A stretch of DNA of 64,000 bases, taken from positions 704,001 to 768,000 of the forward strand of contig CAWGHO010000003.1 in assembly GCA_963822445.1 (NCBI GenBank), in the 5' to 3' direction. Both the position numbers and the translations under genes were made by a program. Under the pieces are notes generated by a model. It was not told where the DNA came from, did no database searches, and worked only from the letters and a program-made list of their open reading frames with translations. Positions within the stretch are counted from its first letter, which is position 1. The number at the start of each line of letters is the position of its first letter. Of this stretch, positions 36,545-48,207 are shown piece after piece. The DNA is from an uncultured Acidobacteriota bacterium (GTDB lineage: Bacteria; Acidobacteriota; Thermoanaerobaculia; Gp7-AA8).

Positions 36545-38077
36545 ATGCAGAGAGTTTCCCTTCTCCTCCTCCAGGTCGGCGCGATCGCGGTGGTCGTCGC
36601 CGCGACGACGCATCGCGGGTTCGATCTCGATCGCTTTCTGATCCCGAAAGAGCTCGTGCTGCACGCGACGGCCGCGCTGGCAGGTCTGCTGGCCATCGGC
36701 GCGATCCGCAACAGCAAAACTACGAGGGTCGACTGGCTGCTCACCATCTATCTATTGCTCAGCGCGATCTCGGCGTTGTTCGCCACGAATCCCTGGCTGG
36801 CCGTGCGCGCGCTGGCGATCAGCATTTCCAGCGCGCTCCTTTTCTGGGTCGCGCGATCGGCGCGCAATGCCGGACCGTTCCTGAATGCGATCGCCATCGC
36901 CGTCGTGATCGCCGCGCTTCTCGCCCTGGCCCAGGCATACGGAATCTGGATCGATCTCTTTTCCACGAATCGCGCGCCGGGCGGAACGCTCGGCAATCGC
37001 AATTTCGTCGCGCATGCAGCGGCGTTCGGGATGCCGGTCGTGCTGCTCGCCGCGTTCCGCGGTCGCATGCTCGCCGCGGCCGGTGTTCCGATTCTCACGG
37101 CGACGCTCGTGTTGACGCGCTCGCGCGCGGCGTGGCTGGCCTTCGCCGCGGCCGCCGCCGTCTTTCTCATCGCCATGCTCTCCTCGGCCGCCCTGCGCCG
37201 AGACGCGCGAACCTGGCGCCGGCTGCTGCTCGTTCTCGTGCTCGTCGGAGTGGGTGTTGCGGCGGCACTGCTCATCCCGAACGAATTGCGCTGGCGCAGC
37301 GACAACCCCTACCTCGAGTCCGTGCAGGGCGTGGTCAATTACCAGGAGGGGAGCGGCCGCGGACGGCTCATCCAGTACGAGCGCTCCCTGCGCATGGCCG
37401 CGCGGCATCCGCTCTTCGGCGTCGGGCCGGGCAACTGGGCGGTGGAGTATCCCGATCACGCGCCCGGCAACGATCCCTCCATCGATACGAGCGAAGGCGG
37501 GATGACCTTCAACCCCTGGCCGAGCAGCGACTGGGTCGCCTTTGCGTCGGAGCGAGGTTTCGCGGCGGCGATCGTTCTCGCGGCGGTCTTCATCGGCCTC
37601 GCCGTTTCCTCGCTCAGACGGCTGAAACGTGCGATCGACAGCGATGACGCGCTGCTCGCGGCGACTCTGCTCGCGACACTCGTCGCCGCCTGTGTTGCTG
37701 GCGCCTTCGACGCCGTGCTGATGCTCGCCCTGCCGGCATTCATCGTCTGGGTGACGCTCGGCGCACTCCTGCCGCGAGACATTCCCGCCGAACCGGTAAT
37801 GCCGTCGCGATCGCGCACCGTGCTGGTGCTGACGCTGAGTGTTGTGGCGGCGCTCGCCGCCGCTCGATCGACCGCGCAGATCGTGGCCATGGAGCTCTTC
37901 ACGCGCGGCGATCGACCATCGCTGCGCCGCGCCGCCATCCTCGATCCCGGCAACTATCGCGTGCACATGCGCCTGGCCCGCGGAGGGAAGGGGAGATGCG
38001 AGCACGCCCTCGCTGCGCGCGACCTTTACCCGAACGCCGACGCCGCAAAGGCCGCCGCCCGCGGCTGTCCGGACTAA
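36545..38077 (+). CDS. O-antigen ligase family membrane protein
   Basis: GTLGNRNF, TRSRAAW, GR...HPLFGVGPGN; multiple TM helices. Confidence 0.8.
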   Translation: MQRVSLLLLQVGAIAVVVAATTHRGFDLDRFLIPKELVLHATAALAGLLAIGAIRNSKTTRVDWLLTIYLLLSAISALFATNPWLAVRALAISISSALLFWVARSARNAGPFLNAIAIAVVIAALLALAQAYGIWIDLFSTNRAPGGTLGNRNFVAHAAAFGMPVVLLAAFRGRMLAAAGVPILTATLVLTRSRAAWLAFAAAAAVFLIAMLSSAALRRDARTWRRLLLVLVLVGVGVAAALLIPNELRWRSDNPYLESVQGVVNYQEGSGRGRLIQYERSLRMAARHPLFGVGPGNWAVEYPDHAPGNDPSIDTSEGGMTFNPWPSSDWVAFASERGFAAAIVLAAVFIGLAVSSLRRLKRAIDSDDALLAATLLATLVAACVAGAFDAVLMLALPAFIVWVTLGALLPRDIPAEPVMPSRSRTVLVLTLSVVAALAAARSTAQIVAMELFTRGDRPSLRRAAILDPGNYRVHMRLARGGKGRCEHALAARDLYPNADAAKAAARGCPD

Positions 38078-38114
38078 AGCCGCGTTACCATTTACGCCAG
38101 GAGGTCAACTGACC

Positions 38115-38177
38115 ATGGCCAAAGGAAACAACGCCCGCAAGAAAGAAACGAAGAAGCCGAAGAAGGACAAGAAGTAG
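38115..38177 (+). CDS. 20-aa lysine-rich small protein
   Basis: MAKGNNARKKETKKPKKDKK with RBS AGGAGGT, upstream TACCAT and a downstream hairpin. Confidence 0.7.
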   Translation: MAKGNNARKKETKKPKKDKK

Positions 38178-38180
38178 TTT

Positions 38181-38282
38181 CGGGGTTACGGGGTTACGGG
38201 GTTACGAGGAGGTTGTGGCGTTGCGAGATGGAAAAGCGTTTCGGTCCACCCCGCAACCTCGTAACCCCGCAACCCCGTAACC
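38181..38282. repeat. octamer tandem-repeat hairpin between convergent genes
   Basis: (GGGGTTAC)3 ... (GTAACCCC/GCAACCCC)n. Confidence 0.8.
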
Positions 38283-38283
38283 G

Positions 38284-40629
<2,346 letters not shown>

Positions 40630-40655
40630 CGCGACAGGATACAGTAGCGCTCGCC

Positions 40656-41351
40656 ATGCGCTCACTGCTCGCCGTCTCTCTGCTCGTCGCACTCACCGCA
40701 CACGCCGGAAATCAGGAGATGGAGAAAGCGCTCGCGCGCATCAATGCCTCTACGGAGGCGGCGGATGCGCTGGCGCCGTTTCTTTACATCATGGCTCACG
40801 CGTCCGAGGCGCCGGCGCTGCAGCTTTTCGTTGCGTCGACGGTTGCGATGGGGAACGAGCGTCTGGCAGATGCGGGATTTCTCTTTTACGCCGCGCAACT
40901 GCGCGCGCGATTCGATCTCGCCCGTTATCCGCCGAAAGGCACCGGCGGCAACAGCCCGGCCGCGCTCCTCGGCGCGCTGAATCAGCAGATCGGCGAAGCG
41001 GTCAATCCGGCGATCATGCGCGACCCGGTGGCGTTCGAGAAAGCGGTGAAGCGCGTCGCGGCATACGCGCCCGCGACGCCGGCCGATTATTCGCCGGGCT
41101 GGGAGTTCGCAACCACCGATCCCGCGGCGGCGACGAAGCTCTTCACCGAGCAGGCCGCCGAATTTGCCCGCACGATGGGCGGCATCGCGACGCTCCTCAG
41201 CGACCCGCAGTACTTCGCCGCCTTCAAAACCCTGCAGGACTTCAACTTCAACCCCGACCCGAAGGGGCTGAAGGCGAAGAACGCCGCGGAAGCGAAGATG
41301 CTGGCGATCGAGAAGAAGCGGGGGATCGAGGGGCTGTACTACAAGAAGTAG
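40656..41351 (+). CDS. secreted hypothetical protein
   Basis: Signal peptide ending AHA; host codon usage. Confidence 0.75.
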   Translation: MRSLLAVSLLVALTAHAGNQEMEKALARINASTEAADALAPFLYIMAHASEAPALQLFVASTVAMGNERLADAGFLFYAAQLRARFDLARYPPKGTGGNSPAALLGALNQQIGEAVNPAIMRDPVAFEKAVKRVAAYAPATPADYSPGWEFATTDPAAATKLFTEQAAEFARTMGGIATLLSDPQYFAAFKTLQDFNFNPDPKGLKAKNAAEAKMLAIEKKRGIEGLYYKK

Positions 41352-41468
41352 CCGCCGAGGGCCGGCGGGACGCCGGCGGACCAGATGAGATGAGAAGGCC
41401 AACCTCCCACGCAGTCGCAGGAATCTGCGCTGCAAGGAATGCGTCGAGCGCAAGAAAGGAGATTGGCC

Positions 41469-42575
41469 GTGAAAAAGTCTACCAGCGTCGTCACGTGTAC
41501 GAGCATGCAGAGCAATATCCGTGAAGCCGAGGTGATCGGGATCGATCTTGGAGATCGCGCATCGCACTTCGTGGGTCTGAACAGAAGCGGCGAAGTAGTG
41601 GCCACAGGAAGGGCGACGACGACAGCGACGGCGATCGCCAACGAGTTCGGCGCGATCGGACCAAAGTTGATCGCCATCGAGACAGGTACCCACTCTCCTT
41701 GGGTCTCGAGACTGCTCACGCAGTTGGGCCATCGCGTAGTCGTGGCCAACTCCCGAAAGCTTCGTCTGATCTACGAAAACCGCCGCAAGAACGACCGCGT
41801 TGACGCCGAGTACCTGGCACGGCTGGTGAGGATGGACCCGAAACTGCTCGAGCCGATCACGCATCGTTCCGAGCGCGACCAGCAGCATCTGGCACTTCTG
41901 CGTTCGCGCGACAAGCTGGTGCGGACTCGCACAGGTCTGATTACGCATGTTCGGGGCACGGTCAAGTCGATCGGTCTGCGGCTGCCGGCTTGCTCTGCAG
42001 AGGCGTTCGTAAGTCGGGCGATGCCTCTGATCCCGAAAGAGCTGAAAGCTGCTCTTGACCCTGTTCTTCGCAACGTCGAGCAGCTGAACAAAGACATCGC
42101 CGGCTACGACCGCAAGATCGAGCAACTCGCCAGGACCGAGTACCCGGCCGCGAAGCTGCTCATGCAGATCACCGGTGTGGGACCCGTGACGTCGGTGGCG
42201 TTCGTGGTCACGGTGGGCGACCCGGGCCGGTTCAGGAAAAGTCGCACGGCGGGAGCGTGGGTCGGTCTCACGCCGGGCCAATCCGCCTCGGGTCAGCAGG
42301 ACCCCCAGATGAGGATCACCAAAGAAGGAGACAACTATCTGCGACGGCTACTGGTCAGTTGCGCGCAGTACATCCTCGGGCCGAATCGACCAGACTCGGA
42401 TCTGCGCCGGCACGGGTTGGCGCTGGCGGCGCGAGGCGGAAAGAACGCGAAGAAACGAGCCGTGGTCGCGGTCGCACGAAAACTCGCGGTGCTCATGCAC
42501 AGGCTGTGGCGTACGGAAGGCGTGTACGAACCTCTGTTCAACGCCAACAGGAGTGCCGAGCACTCAGCAGCTTGA
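41469..42575 (+). CDS. IS110-family DEDD recombinase/transposase (start 41469 or 41504)
   Basis: GIDLG, IETG, KNDRVDA (DEDD); GVGP; GLTP.QSASG (catalytic Ser); AVARKL. Confidence 0.95.
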   Translation: MKKSTSVVTCTSMQSNIREAEVIGIDLGDRASHFVGLNRSGEVVATGRATTTATAIANEFGAIGPKLIAIETGTHSPWVSRLLTQLGHRVVVANSRKLRLIYENRRKNDRVDAEYLARLVRMDPKLLEPITHRSERDQQHLALLRSRDKLVRTRTGLITHVRGTVKSIGLRLPACSAEAFVSRAMPLIPKELKAALDPVLRNVEQLNKDIAGYDRKIEQLARTEYPAAKLLMQITGVGPVTSVAFVVTVGDPGRFRKSRTAGAWVGLTPGQSASGQQDPQMRITKEGDNYLRRLLVSCAQYILGPNRPDSDLRRHGLALAARGGKNAKKRAVVAVARKLAVLMHRLWRTEGVYEPLFNANRSAEHSAA

Positions 42576-42599
42576 GAACCAGGTAGAACCGATCAGCAA

Positions 42600-42810
42600 A
42601 GAAAGAAACTCGACTCGATCCCTCATCCGGGTGACTGCGAGCGGCGGCTTGGTCGGCAGCGATGCCAGACCGTGGACCAGATGGCAGCACCCAGTTGAAT
42701 CGGACCTCAGCATGCACCGAGCTCGATCGAGCTCACCAAGAGTGCGAATGGAAGCAAGGTCAGGACGAGCGGCGAGAGACAAAGGAGGGCGGCGCCACGT
42801 CGCCGCCCCT
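42600..42810 (+). ncRNA. putative bridge/seek RNA of the IS1111-type element (boundaries approximate)
   Basis: Segments matching the target flanks (42642-42650, 42674-42683) and the element ends (42622-42627, 42748-42755); terminal hairpin 42787-42808. Confidence 0.7.
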
Positions 42811-42866
42811 TGACAGGATCAGGCCTTCTCATGGAAGCCGCCGAGCCGGCGGCGCTCCAAGCGGCC

Positions 42867-42912
42867 GGAGCGCTGGCGTCCTCGCCGGCTGTACCGCTGG
42901 CGTCCCGCCGGC
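42867..42912. repeat. intact REP, inverted partner of the IS-interrupted copy
   Basis: Reverse complement GCCGGCGGGACGCCAGCGGTACAG|CCGGCGAGGACGCCAGCGCTCC aligns with 41361-41384 + 42838-42858. Confidence 0.8.
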
Positions 42913-42960
42913 TCACTGTCGACTTTGTTGCGCAAAGCCCTTTGTGCTATGTTGCAGTCC

Positions 42961-43560
42961 ATGCCGCGATCCTCCACCGCTCCTGCCTCCATTCACGAGA
43001 AGGCCCTGGCCGACCTCCGTTACATCCGCTCCGCCGTCGAAAACGCCGGTGAGTTCACCGCCGTCTCGGGACGCGGCGGCGTGGCCATGGGAGTTACGGG
43101 ACTCGTTGCTGCCGTCGCCGCGGCGACGCAGACCAGCTTCCCCGTGCGCTGGCTCGCCATCTGGCTCAGCGCGGCTGTCGTCGCCACCACCGTCGGCATC
43201 CTCTCGATGGCCTGGAAGAGCAGGCGCCTCGGAACCTCGCTGGTGTCGGGACCGGCGCGGCGATTCGCGCTCGCATTCTTTCCAGCCGTCGCCGCGGCCG
43301 CCGCGTTGACGATCGTTCTCGTCAGCCGCGCCGAGTTCGACCTTCTCCCGGCCATCTGGCTTCTGCTCTACGGCGTCGCGATCTCGGCCGGCGGCGCACT
43401 TTCCGTCCGCGTCGTTCCGTTCATGGGCCTGGCGCTGCTGCTGACCGGCGGCGCCGCGCTGCTGGTGCCGTTCGCGACCGCGAACCTTCTTCTCGGCCTC
43501 GGCTTCGGTCTCATCCAGATCGGCGGCGGCCTGGTGATCATCCGGAGGTACGGTGGCTAA
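42961..43560 (+). CDS. hypothetical multi-pass membrane protein
   Basis: About six TM segments; TGnTATGTT 7 nt upstream. Confidence 0.8.
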   Translation: MPRSSTAPASIHEKALADLRYIRSAVENAGEFTAVSGRGGVAMGVTGLVAAVAAATQTSFPVRWLAIWLSAAVVATTVGILSMAWKSRRLGTSLVSGPARRFALAFFPAVAAAAALTIVLVSRAEFDLLPAIWLLLYGVAISAGGALSVRVVPFMGLALLLTGGAALLVPFATANLLLGLGFGLIQIGGGLVIIRRYGG

Positions 43561-43891
43561 GTCCTCAACGGCGCTGAAGCTCGACGCGCATGCCGGCGGC
43601 GCAACACAGTTCGAGCCGCTGATCCACGAACGCCTCCGCCTGGGCATCCTCTCCGCGCTCGCGGTGAACGAGCCGCTGACGTTCACGGATCTCCGGGCGA
43701 TGCTCGCCACCACCGACGGCAACCTGAGCGTGCACGCGCGCAAGCTCGAGGAAGCCGGCTACATCAAATGCACGAAAACATTCGACGGGCGGGTCCCCAG
43801 GACCGTCTACAGCCTCACCGGCGCCGGTCGCAAGGCGCTGGACCGTTATCTCGACAGCATGGAGGCGCTGATCCACACGATGCGTGGATGA
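43553..43891 (+). CDS. winged-helix transcriptional regulator (ArsR/MarR-like)
   Basis: [33 protein letters not shown]. Confidence 0.9.
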   Translation: MAKSSTALKLDAHAGGATQFEPLIHERLRLGILSALAVNEPLTFTDLRAMLATTDGNLSVHARKLEEAGYIKCTKTFDGRVPRTVYSLTGAGRKALDRYLDSMEALIHTMRG

Positions 43892-44604
43892 GCGACATGG
43901 TTATGCCGGACATGCAATGCACCTTTCACGTTGCCATCATCATGGACGGCAACGGGCGCTGGGCGACCGAGCGAGGGCTGCCGCGAACGGCCGGCCATCG
44001 CGCCGGCGCGGAAGCCGTTCGGCGGGTCGTCGAGGCCGCGCCTCCCGCCGGCATCGATCTCCTCACGCTTTACGCTTTCTCCGCCGACAACTGGAACAGG
44101 CCGCACTATGAAGTCGACGCTTTGATGACCCTCCTGCAACGGTTCCTGGCCACGGAGACGGCACGATGCGTCGCCTCGGGCGTCCGGCTGAACGTGATCG
44201 GCCGCCGCGATCGCCTCTCGAAGTCTCTCGTTCGCCTCATCGAATCATCGGAAGCAGCCACCGCCGGTTGTCAGAAGCTGCGCCTGCGCCTGGCCATCGA
44301 CTATTCGTCACGCGACGCGATCGCTCGTGCGGCCTGTGACAAGTGCTCGGAGCGCTCGTTCCGCCAACGCCTTTCGCTGGCCGTCCACGCCGATTCGATC
44401 ATCGAAGACGTGGACCTGCTCATCCGCACGGGACGCGAAAAGCGGCTCAGCGATTTTCTTCTCTTCGAAGCCGCGTATGCCGAACTGAGTTTCAGCGATC
44501 GCCTCTGGCCCGACTTCGACGCGACGGACCTCGCCAGCGCGGTCAGCGACTATCGAACGCGCGAGCGCCGCTTCGGAGCCATCGCCGAGGAGCGGGTGTC
44601 GTGA
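43888..44604 (+). CDS. uppS: cis-prenyltransferase (UppS-like)
   Basis: [44 protein letters not shown]. Confidence 0.9.
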   Translation: MSDMVMPDMQCTFHVAIIMDGNGRWATERGLPRTAGHRAGAEAVRRVVEAAPPAGIDLLTLYAFSADNWNRPHYEVDALMTLLQRFLATETARCVASGVRLNVIGRRDRLSKSLVRLIESSEAATAGCQKLRLRLAIDYSSRDAIARAACDKCSERSFRQRLSLAVHADSIIEDVDLLIRTGREKRLSDFLLFEAAYAELSFSDRLWPDFDATDLASAVSDYRTRERRFGAIAEERVS

Positions 44605-45368
44605 GTGACTTCGTCGATCGAGGGTCCGTCGTGCGGAGGATCTGGGGAAACGGGGACATGGTGCTGCTGGTCTTCGCCGGCTCAGCCGCGGAGTTCGCGC
44701 TGAACCGAGCGGTGGACTGGTTGTTCTTCACCGGAAAATTACCGGGCGATCCGATCGGCCGCCTCTTCTCCACGGCCAGCTATGCACAGCACATCGTCTT
44801 CGCCGACGTCGCGACCGCGTCGCGCACGCTCGATCGCATCCGCGCGGTTCATCAGACCGTCGAGCATGAGCGCGGTCAACAGATCCCTGACTGGGCCCAC
44901 CGTGATGTGCTCTACATGCTCATCGACTACTCCGAACGAGCCCACGCGATGCTCGCTCGGCCTTTGAGACCGGAAGAGCAGAGCGAGCTCTACGACGTGT
45001 TTTACCGCGTTGGCACAGGCCTCGGAATCCCGGACCTCCCGCGGACTTACGCCGATTGGAAAATCGACCGCGAGCTCCACCTGCGCCGCGATCTGCTGAA
45101 CAGCGATGGCACAGCCGCGCTGTACGCCCAGTACCGCAATCACCTCGGCGCCTGGCGCCACCACCTTCTGCTGAGGGTTCAGTCGATCCTGGCTCCGGAG
45201 CACGTGCGAGGCCTGCTGCGGCTGAAGCGCGCGGAGTGGCTGCGACCTCTCCTGCGGCTTTATCCCGTCCTGGTGCGGGCGGGATTGCGCCCGATCATCC
45301 TGCACGCACTCATGCCCTCGCGTTATCTCGCCCCGGTGCGAGCGCTGGATCACCCCACCGCGGCCTGA
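44601..45368 (+). CDS. DUF2236 / MpaB / Lcp-like oxygenase
   Basis: [30 protein letters not shown] pattern; GTGA overlap with uppS. Confidence 0.7.
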   Translation: MSDFVDRGSVVRRIWGNGDMVLLVFAGSAAEFALNRAVDWLFFTGKLPGDPIGRLFSTASYAQHIVFADVATASRTLDRIRAVHQTVEHERGQQIPDWAHRDVLYMLIDYSERAHAMLARPLRPEEQSELYDVFYRVGTGLGIPDLPRTYADWKIDRELHLRRDLLNSDGTAALYAQYRNHLGAWRHHLLLRVQSILAPEHVRGLLRLKRAEWLRPLLRLYPVLVRAGLRPIILHALMPSRYLAPVRALDHPTAA

Positions 45369-45428
45369 AACTACACCTGCCGCTGCGACGTATGACGCCC
45401 TGGTCCGAGGCGCTCCGATACGTCTGAC

Positions 45429-45480
45429 AGGAGACAACCATTGGAACTACACATTCGCGACGTATCGAAGACCTATCCCA
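45429..45480 (+). pseudogene. 5' remnant of an ABC ATP-binding gene
   Basis: RBS AGGAG then TTG GAA CTA CAC ATT CGC GAC GTA TCG AAG ACC TAT CCC (LELHIRDVSKTYP), similar to MLELHDVSHLYP at 53983. Confidence 0.5.
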
Positions 45481-45605
45481 AGAAAAAACACGTCCTGCCC
45501 AGCTCGATACCGAGGATCTCGCACGGACTGTTTTGACGCCTTGACAGAACGAGGCGCTTCAGCGCCGGGCGCGGCGAACGGCTCGCCGACAGCTCCTGGC
45601 AGTAG

Positions 45606-46313
45606 CTAGGCGCCGGCCCAGCCGACAAAGCAGCCAACGACGATTGCCCCGACGACCGCAGGTAACCACAACGACGATGGTGGGTCATGGCGATATACGG
45701 CGACGTACATCTTGCGCCATGCGCGCATGGTGTTCCTGTGAAGGACACCTGTCACCAGGCCTGAAATGACGCTCACTGTTGGCACGACCATGCCTCCCTC
45801 GAGAGCCAATCGTCCAGTTACGACGACGGTACCCCACGTCACTGTAAGCCATAAAAAGATCGACGTAGCGGCATAAACGTCGAATCCGTCCTTAGCCAAT
45901 GGAAATGGATTCAAGAACCACGGGTGGGTTTGAATTTTGATGGCCGCCTCTACCTGGCGAGCGCCGACCATGTCCCAGGCGTGACGCAACGTCGCAAGCA
46001 GCCGACGTACTTGTAACGCGACGAATGGAGAGATCACAACCAAGACGAGGCCGGCAGATTCGCGGGATATCCCAATCGCGGCGAAGAGCTTGAATTCACG
46101 AATGTTCGGGCTCAGAAACATCGCGAGGATGCTGCCGAGCGTTATCGCGCTGACCGTGGTGACCTTTGCAAGCGCATCTAACTGGCGCTCGACAACCGAG
46201 ACGCCCTCCCCTTCAACGATTCTAGTGAACTCCAGCCATTGCGCCGTAGGGGTCTCATCAGTCGGTGATATCACCGGGGCTGGTGCCTCGTCCGAAACTT
46301 TGTCGTTAGCCAT
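45606..46313 (-). CDS. hypothetical membrane protein (lower GC)
   Basis: 235-aa ORF with about five TM segments and atypical codon usage. Confidence 0.6.
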   Translation of the reverse strand: MANDKVSDEAPAPVISPTDETPTAQWLEFTRIVEGEGVSVVERQLDALAKVTTVSAITLGSILAMFLSPNIREFKLFAAIGISRESAGLVLVVISPFVALQVRRLLATLRHAWDMVGARQVEAAIKIQTHPWFLNPFPLAKDGFDVYAATSIFLWLTVTWGTVVVTGRLALEGGMVVPTVSVISGLVTGVLHRNTMRAWRKMYVAVYRHDPPSSLWLPAVVGAIVVGCFVGWAGA

Positions 46314-46498
46314 CGCTCTGTGGTGGGACTGTCTGGATCATAGCTGATATCCCGCTGCCTGCTGTTGCGGATCGCGCAATCACGGGAAAGCGGAGTCCCG
46401 AGCGCCTAACTGGTAGGCGAGTCAATGAACCCCTTTTGGCTGATTCTCGTATAACCGAGTAGACGACGCCGTCGCGCTACGACACGGGAGGAGGCTAC

Positions 46499-47254
46499 AT
46501 GACTCAGCACCGTCTCTCGGCTCATGGTTCGCTGAACTGGCTGATTCCTCATTTGAAGGGCCACGCACTCCTCTTCGACACGAAGTTTCTAACCACATAC
46601 AACGCCTCCAGCGGCGTTAGGTTGCTGCTCATCTTTCTCTTGCTCGAAGGGGTGATCGGCCCGCGGCTCTGGTTCTGGCACATGGTCCAGCTTTCAATGC
46701 CGCCTCCGTGGATTCGCGTGCCGGTCCTGCTTGTCCTCGCTTTGATCTTGGTGCGATTTGCAGCCGAAGTTAGGCTGACGGACATCGGGCTTCGGCCGTG
46801 GAAGGAGTGGAGTACGACAGAACGGTCTTATCTCTTCCAGGTCCTAGTCCTTGCCAACGTCGTCTTCTGCTTCCTTTTCGCGAAGCGACTCGGTCGAGTT
46901 CTCACGGATCCGACGACCCGATCAACTGCATGGGTTGTACTAGTCACGTACTTGCTCTGGGGTTTCTACCAGGAAGTCATCTATCGCGGAATACTCCAGA
47001 CGGAGCTCATTAGGCGCTGGGGCGCAATCGTGGGCATCCTTGTGAGCAATGTTCTGTACACGTTTGGTCCGTTGCACTTCTACCATTTCTCGGCCGGCTC
47101 GCCGGTTAGCAGGCTCATGATATTTGCCGCAATTTTCTTCATCGGGCTTTTCTTTGGAGTGTTATTCAGAAGGTCAGGCAATCTTTGGATCGTCGGCATT
47201 TTTCACGGCGTCGGCGACAGCTACATCACGGGCCTTGGCCAGCTGACAAGCTGA
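46499..47254 (+). CDS. CPBP (CAAX/Abi) intramembrane metalloprotease
   Basis: RBS GGAGG; QEVIYRG, FGPLH, HGVGD motifs. Confidence 0.85.
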   Translation: MTQHRLSAHGSLNWLIPHLKGHALLFDTKFLTTYNASSGVRLLLIFLLLEGVIGPRLWFWHMVQLSMPPPWIRVPVLLVLALILVRFAAEVRLTDIGLRPWKEWSTTERSYLFQVLVLANVVFCFLFAKRLGRVLTDPTTRSTAWVVLVTYLLWGFYQEVIYRGILQTELIRRWGAIVGILVSNVLYTFGPLHFYHFSAGSPVSRLMIFAAIFFIGLFFGVLFRRSGNLWIVGIFHGVGDSYITGLGQLTS

Positions 47255-47409
47255 CGTCTCGGTTGCCGGGCGAAGTCGGTCCTTTGACGATGGGGGCTGC
47301 CGCTGTGGCCCCGTTAGCGAAGACGTCGAGCATCGCTTCGTTGTAATGCTGTCTTTCCTTTTGACCCGCGACCACGACCCACCGGTGGAACGAGTGATCG
47401 GAGACGGCG

Positions 47410-48177
47410 CTACGCCACGTCAATCAGAAACGTCGGGCGGTATTTCGGCGAGCGCGTCTCCAGCTGCACGTTCCAGGAAAATCGCCCGTCGCTGGTGTCG
47501 ATCACTGGAATGGTCGTCGTAATACGAAACGTGATGTCGTCACCATCCCTCGTAATGGCGATGTCTCCGGACGCGCGGGCGATGACGATCAATTCCGAGT
47601 AGCGGTGGGCGCGAAACGTTTGGAGCGCGATGAGCTCGAACGTCGCATTGAGGGCGTGGCCGGTCTTGGCCCAGGCCGAGCCGGATGTCGTGATCACCGC
47701 GCGCAACGGGTCGCCGCGGCGCGCCGGGGCGTCGAGCTCCAGACGCGCGCGGCCGTATTGAACCTGCCGCCAGATCATCACACCCGCGCCGGCCAGGACG
47801 CCAACTGCGATGGCCGCAATTACCAGCACGATCGGTTGGCCGGGCGCGGCGCTGAGGCTCGCCGCGAGAAAAATCGCGCCGATGACGAGCATGACGTTGC
47901 GCGACATGGTGCTGTCATCGCGATAGGAAGTCCGGCCACGAACCTGATCGAGCGGCGGAATCTGGATTGGCGCGTTGGGGTCTTTCGGCTTCGACGGCCA
48001 GATCAGGCTGACCAGCAGCGACCCGCCCATGTACAGCGTCAGCAGGCCGAAGCCGAGGGCGAAGTAGCGTTCCGGTTTCTCCATGTCCCGGAAGCTGACC
48101 AACACGACGACGGTGAGCCCGAGACAGAGCGCGCTCAAGAGCAGAACGATCGCGAACGCAATACGCCTCGGCCACAT
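47410..48177 (-). CDS. hypothetical membrane protein
   Basis: Four TM segments and a beta-rich C-terminus. Confidence 0.65.
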   Translation of the reverse strand: MWPRRIAFAIVLLLSALCLGLTVVVLVSFRDMEKPERYFALGFGLLTLYMGGSLLVSLIWPSKPKDPNAPIQIPPLDQVRGRTSYRDDSTMSRNVMLVIGAIFLAASLSAAPGQPIVLVIAAIAVGVLAGAGVMIWRQVQYGRARLELDAPARRGDPLRAVITTSGSAWAKTGHALNATFELIALQTFRAHRYSELIVIARASGDIAITRDGDDITFRITTTIPVIDTSDGRFSWNVQLETRSPKYRPTFLIDVA

Positions 48178-48207
48178 GCCGGGGCGTAGGGTAGCAGTTC
48201 GCGCGTG

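Larger units (their letters stand above)
41383..42837 (+). mobile_element. IS110-family, IS1111-type insertion sequence inserted in a REP
   Basis: Subterminal IRs ATGAGAAGGCC (41390-41400) and GGCCTTCTCAT (42822-42832), AG core at both junctions, long 3' non-coding region. The flanks rejoin into a REP. Confidence 0.9.

Noticed and set aside
41383-42837. Classical target-site duplication around the IS
   Set aside because: Only the 2-nt AG core is shared, as expected for IS110-family recombination rather than DDE transposition.
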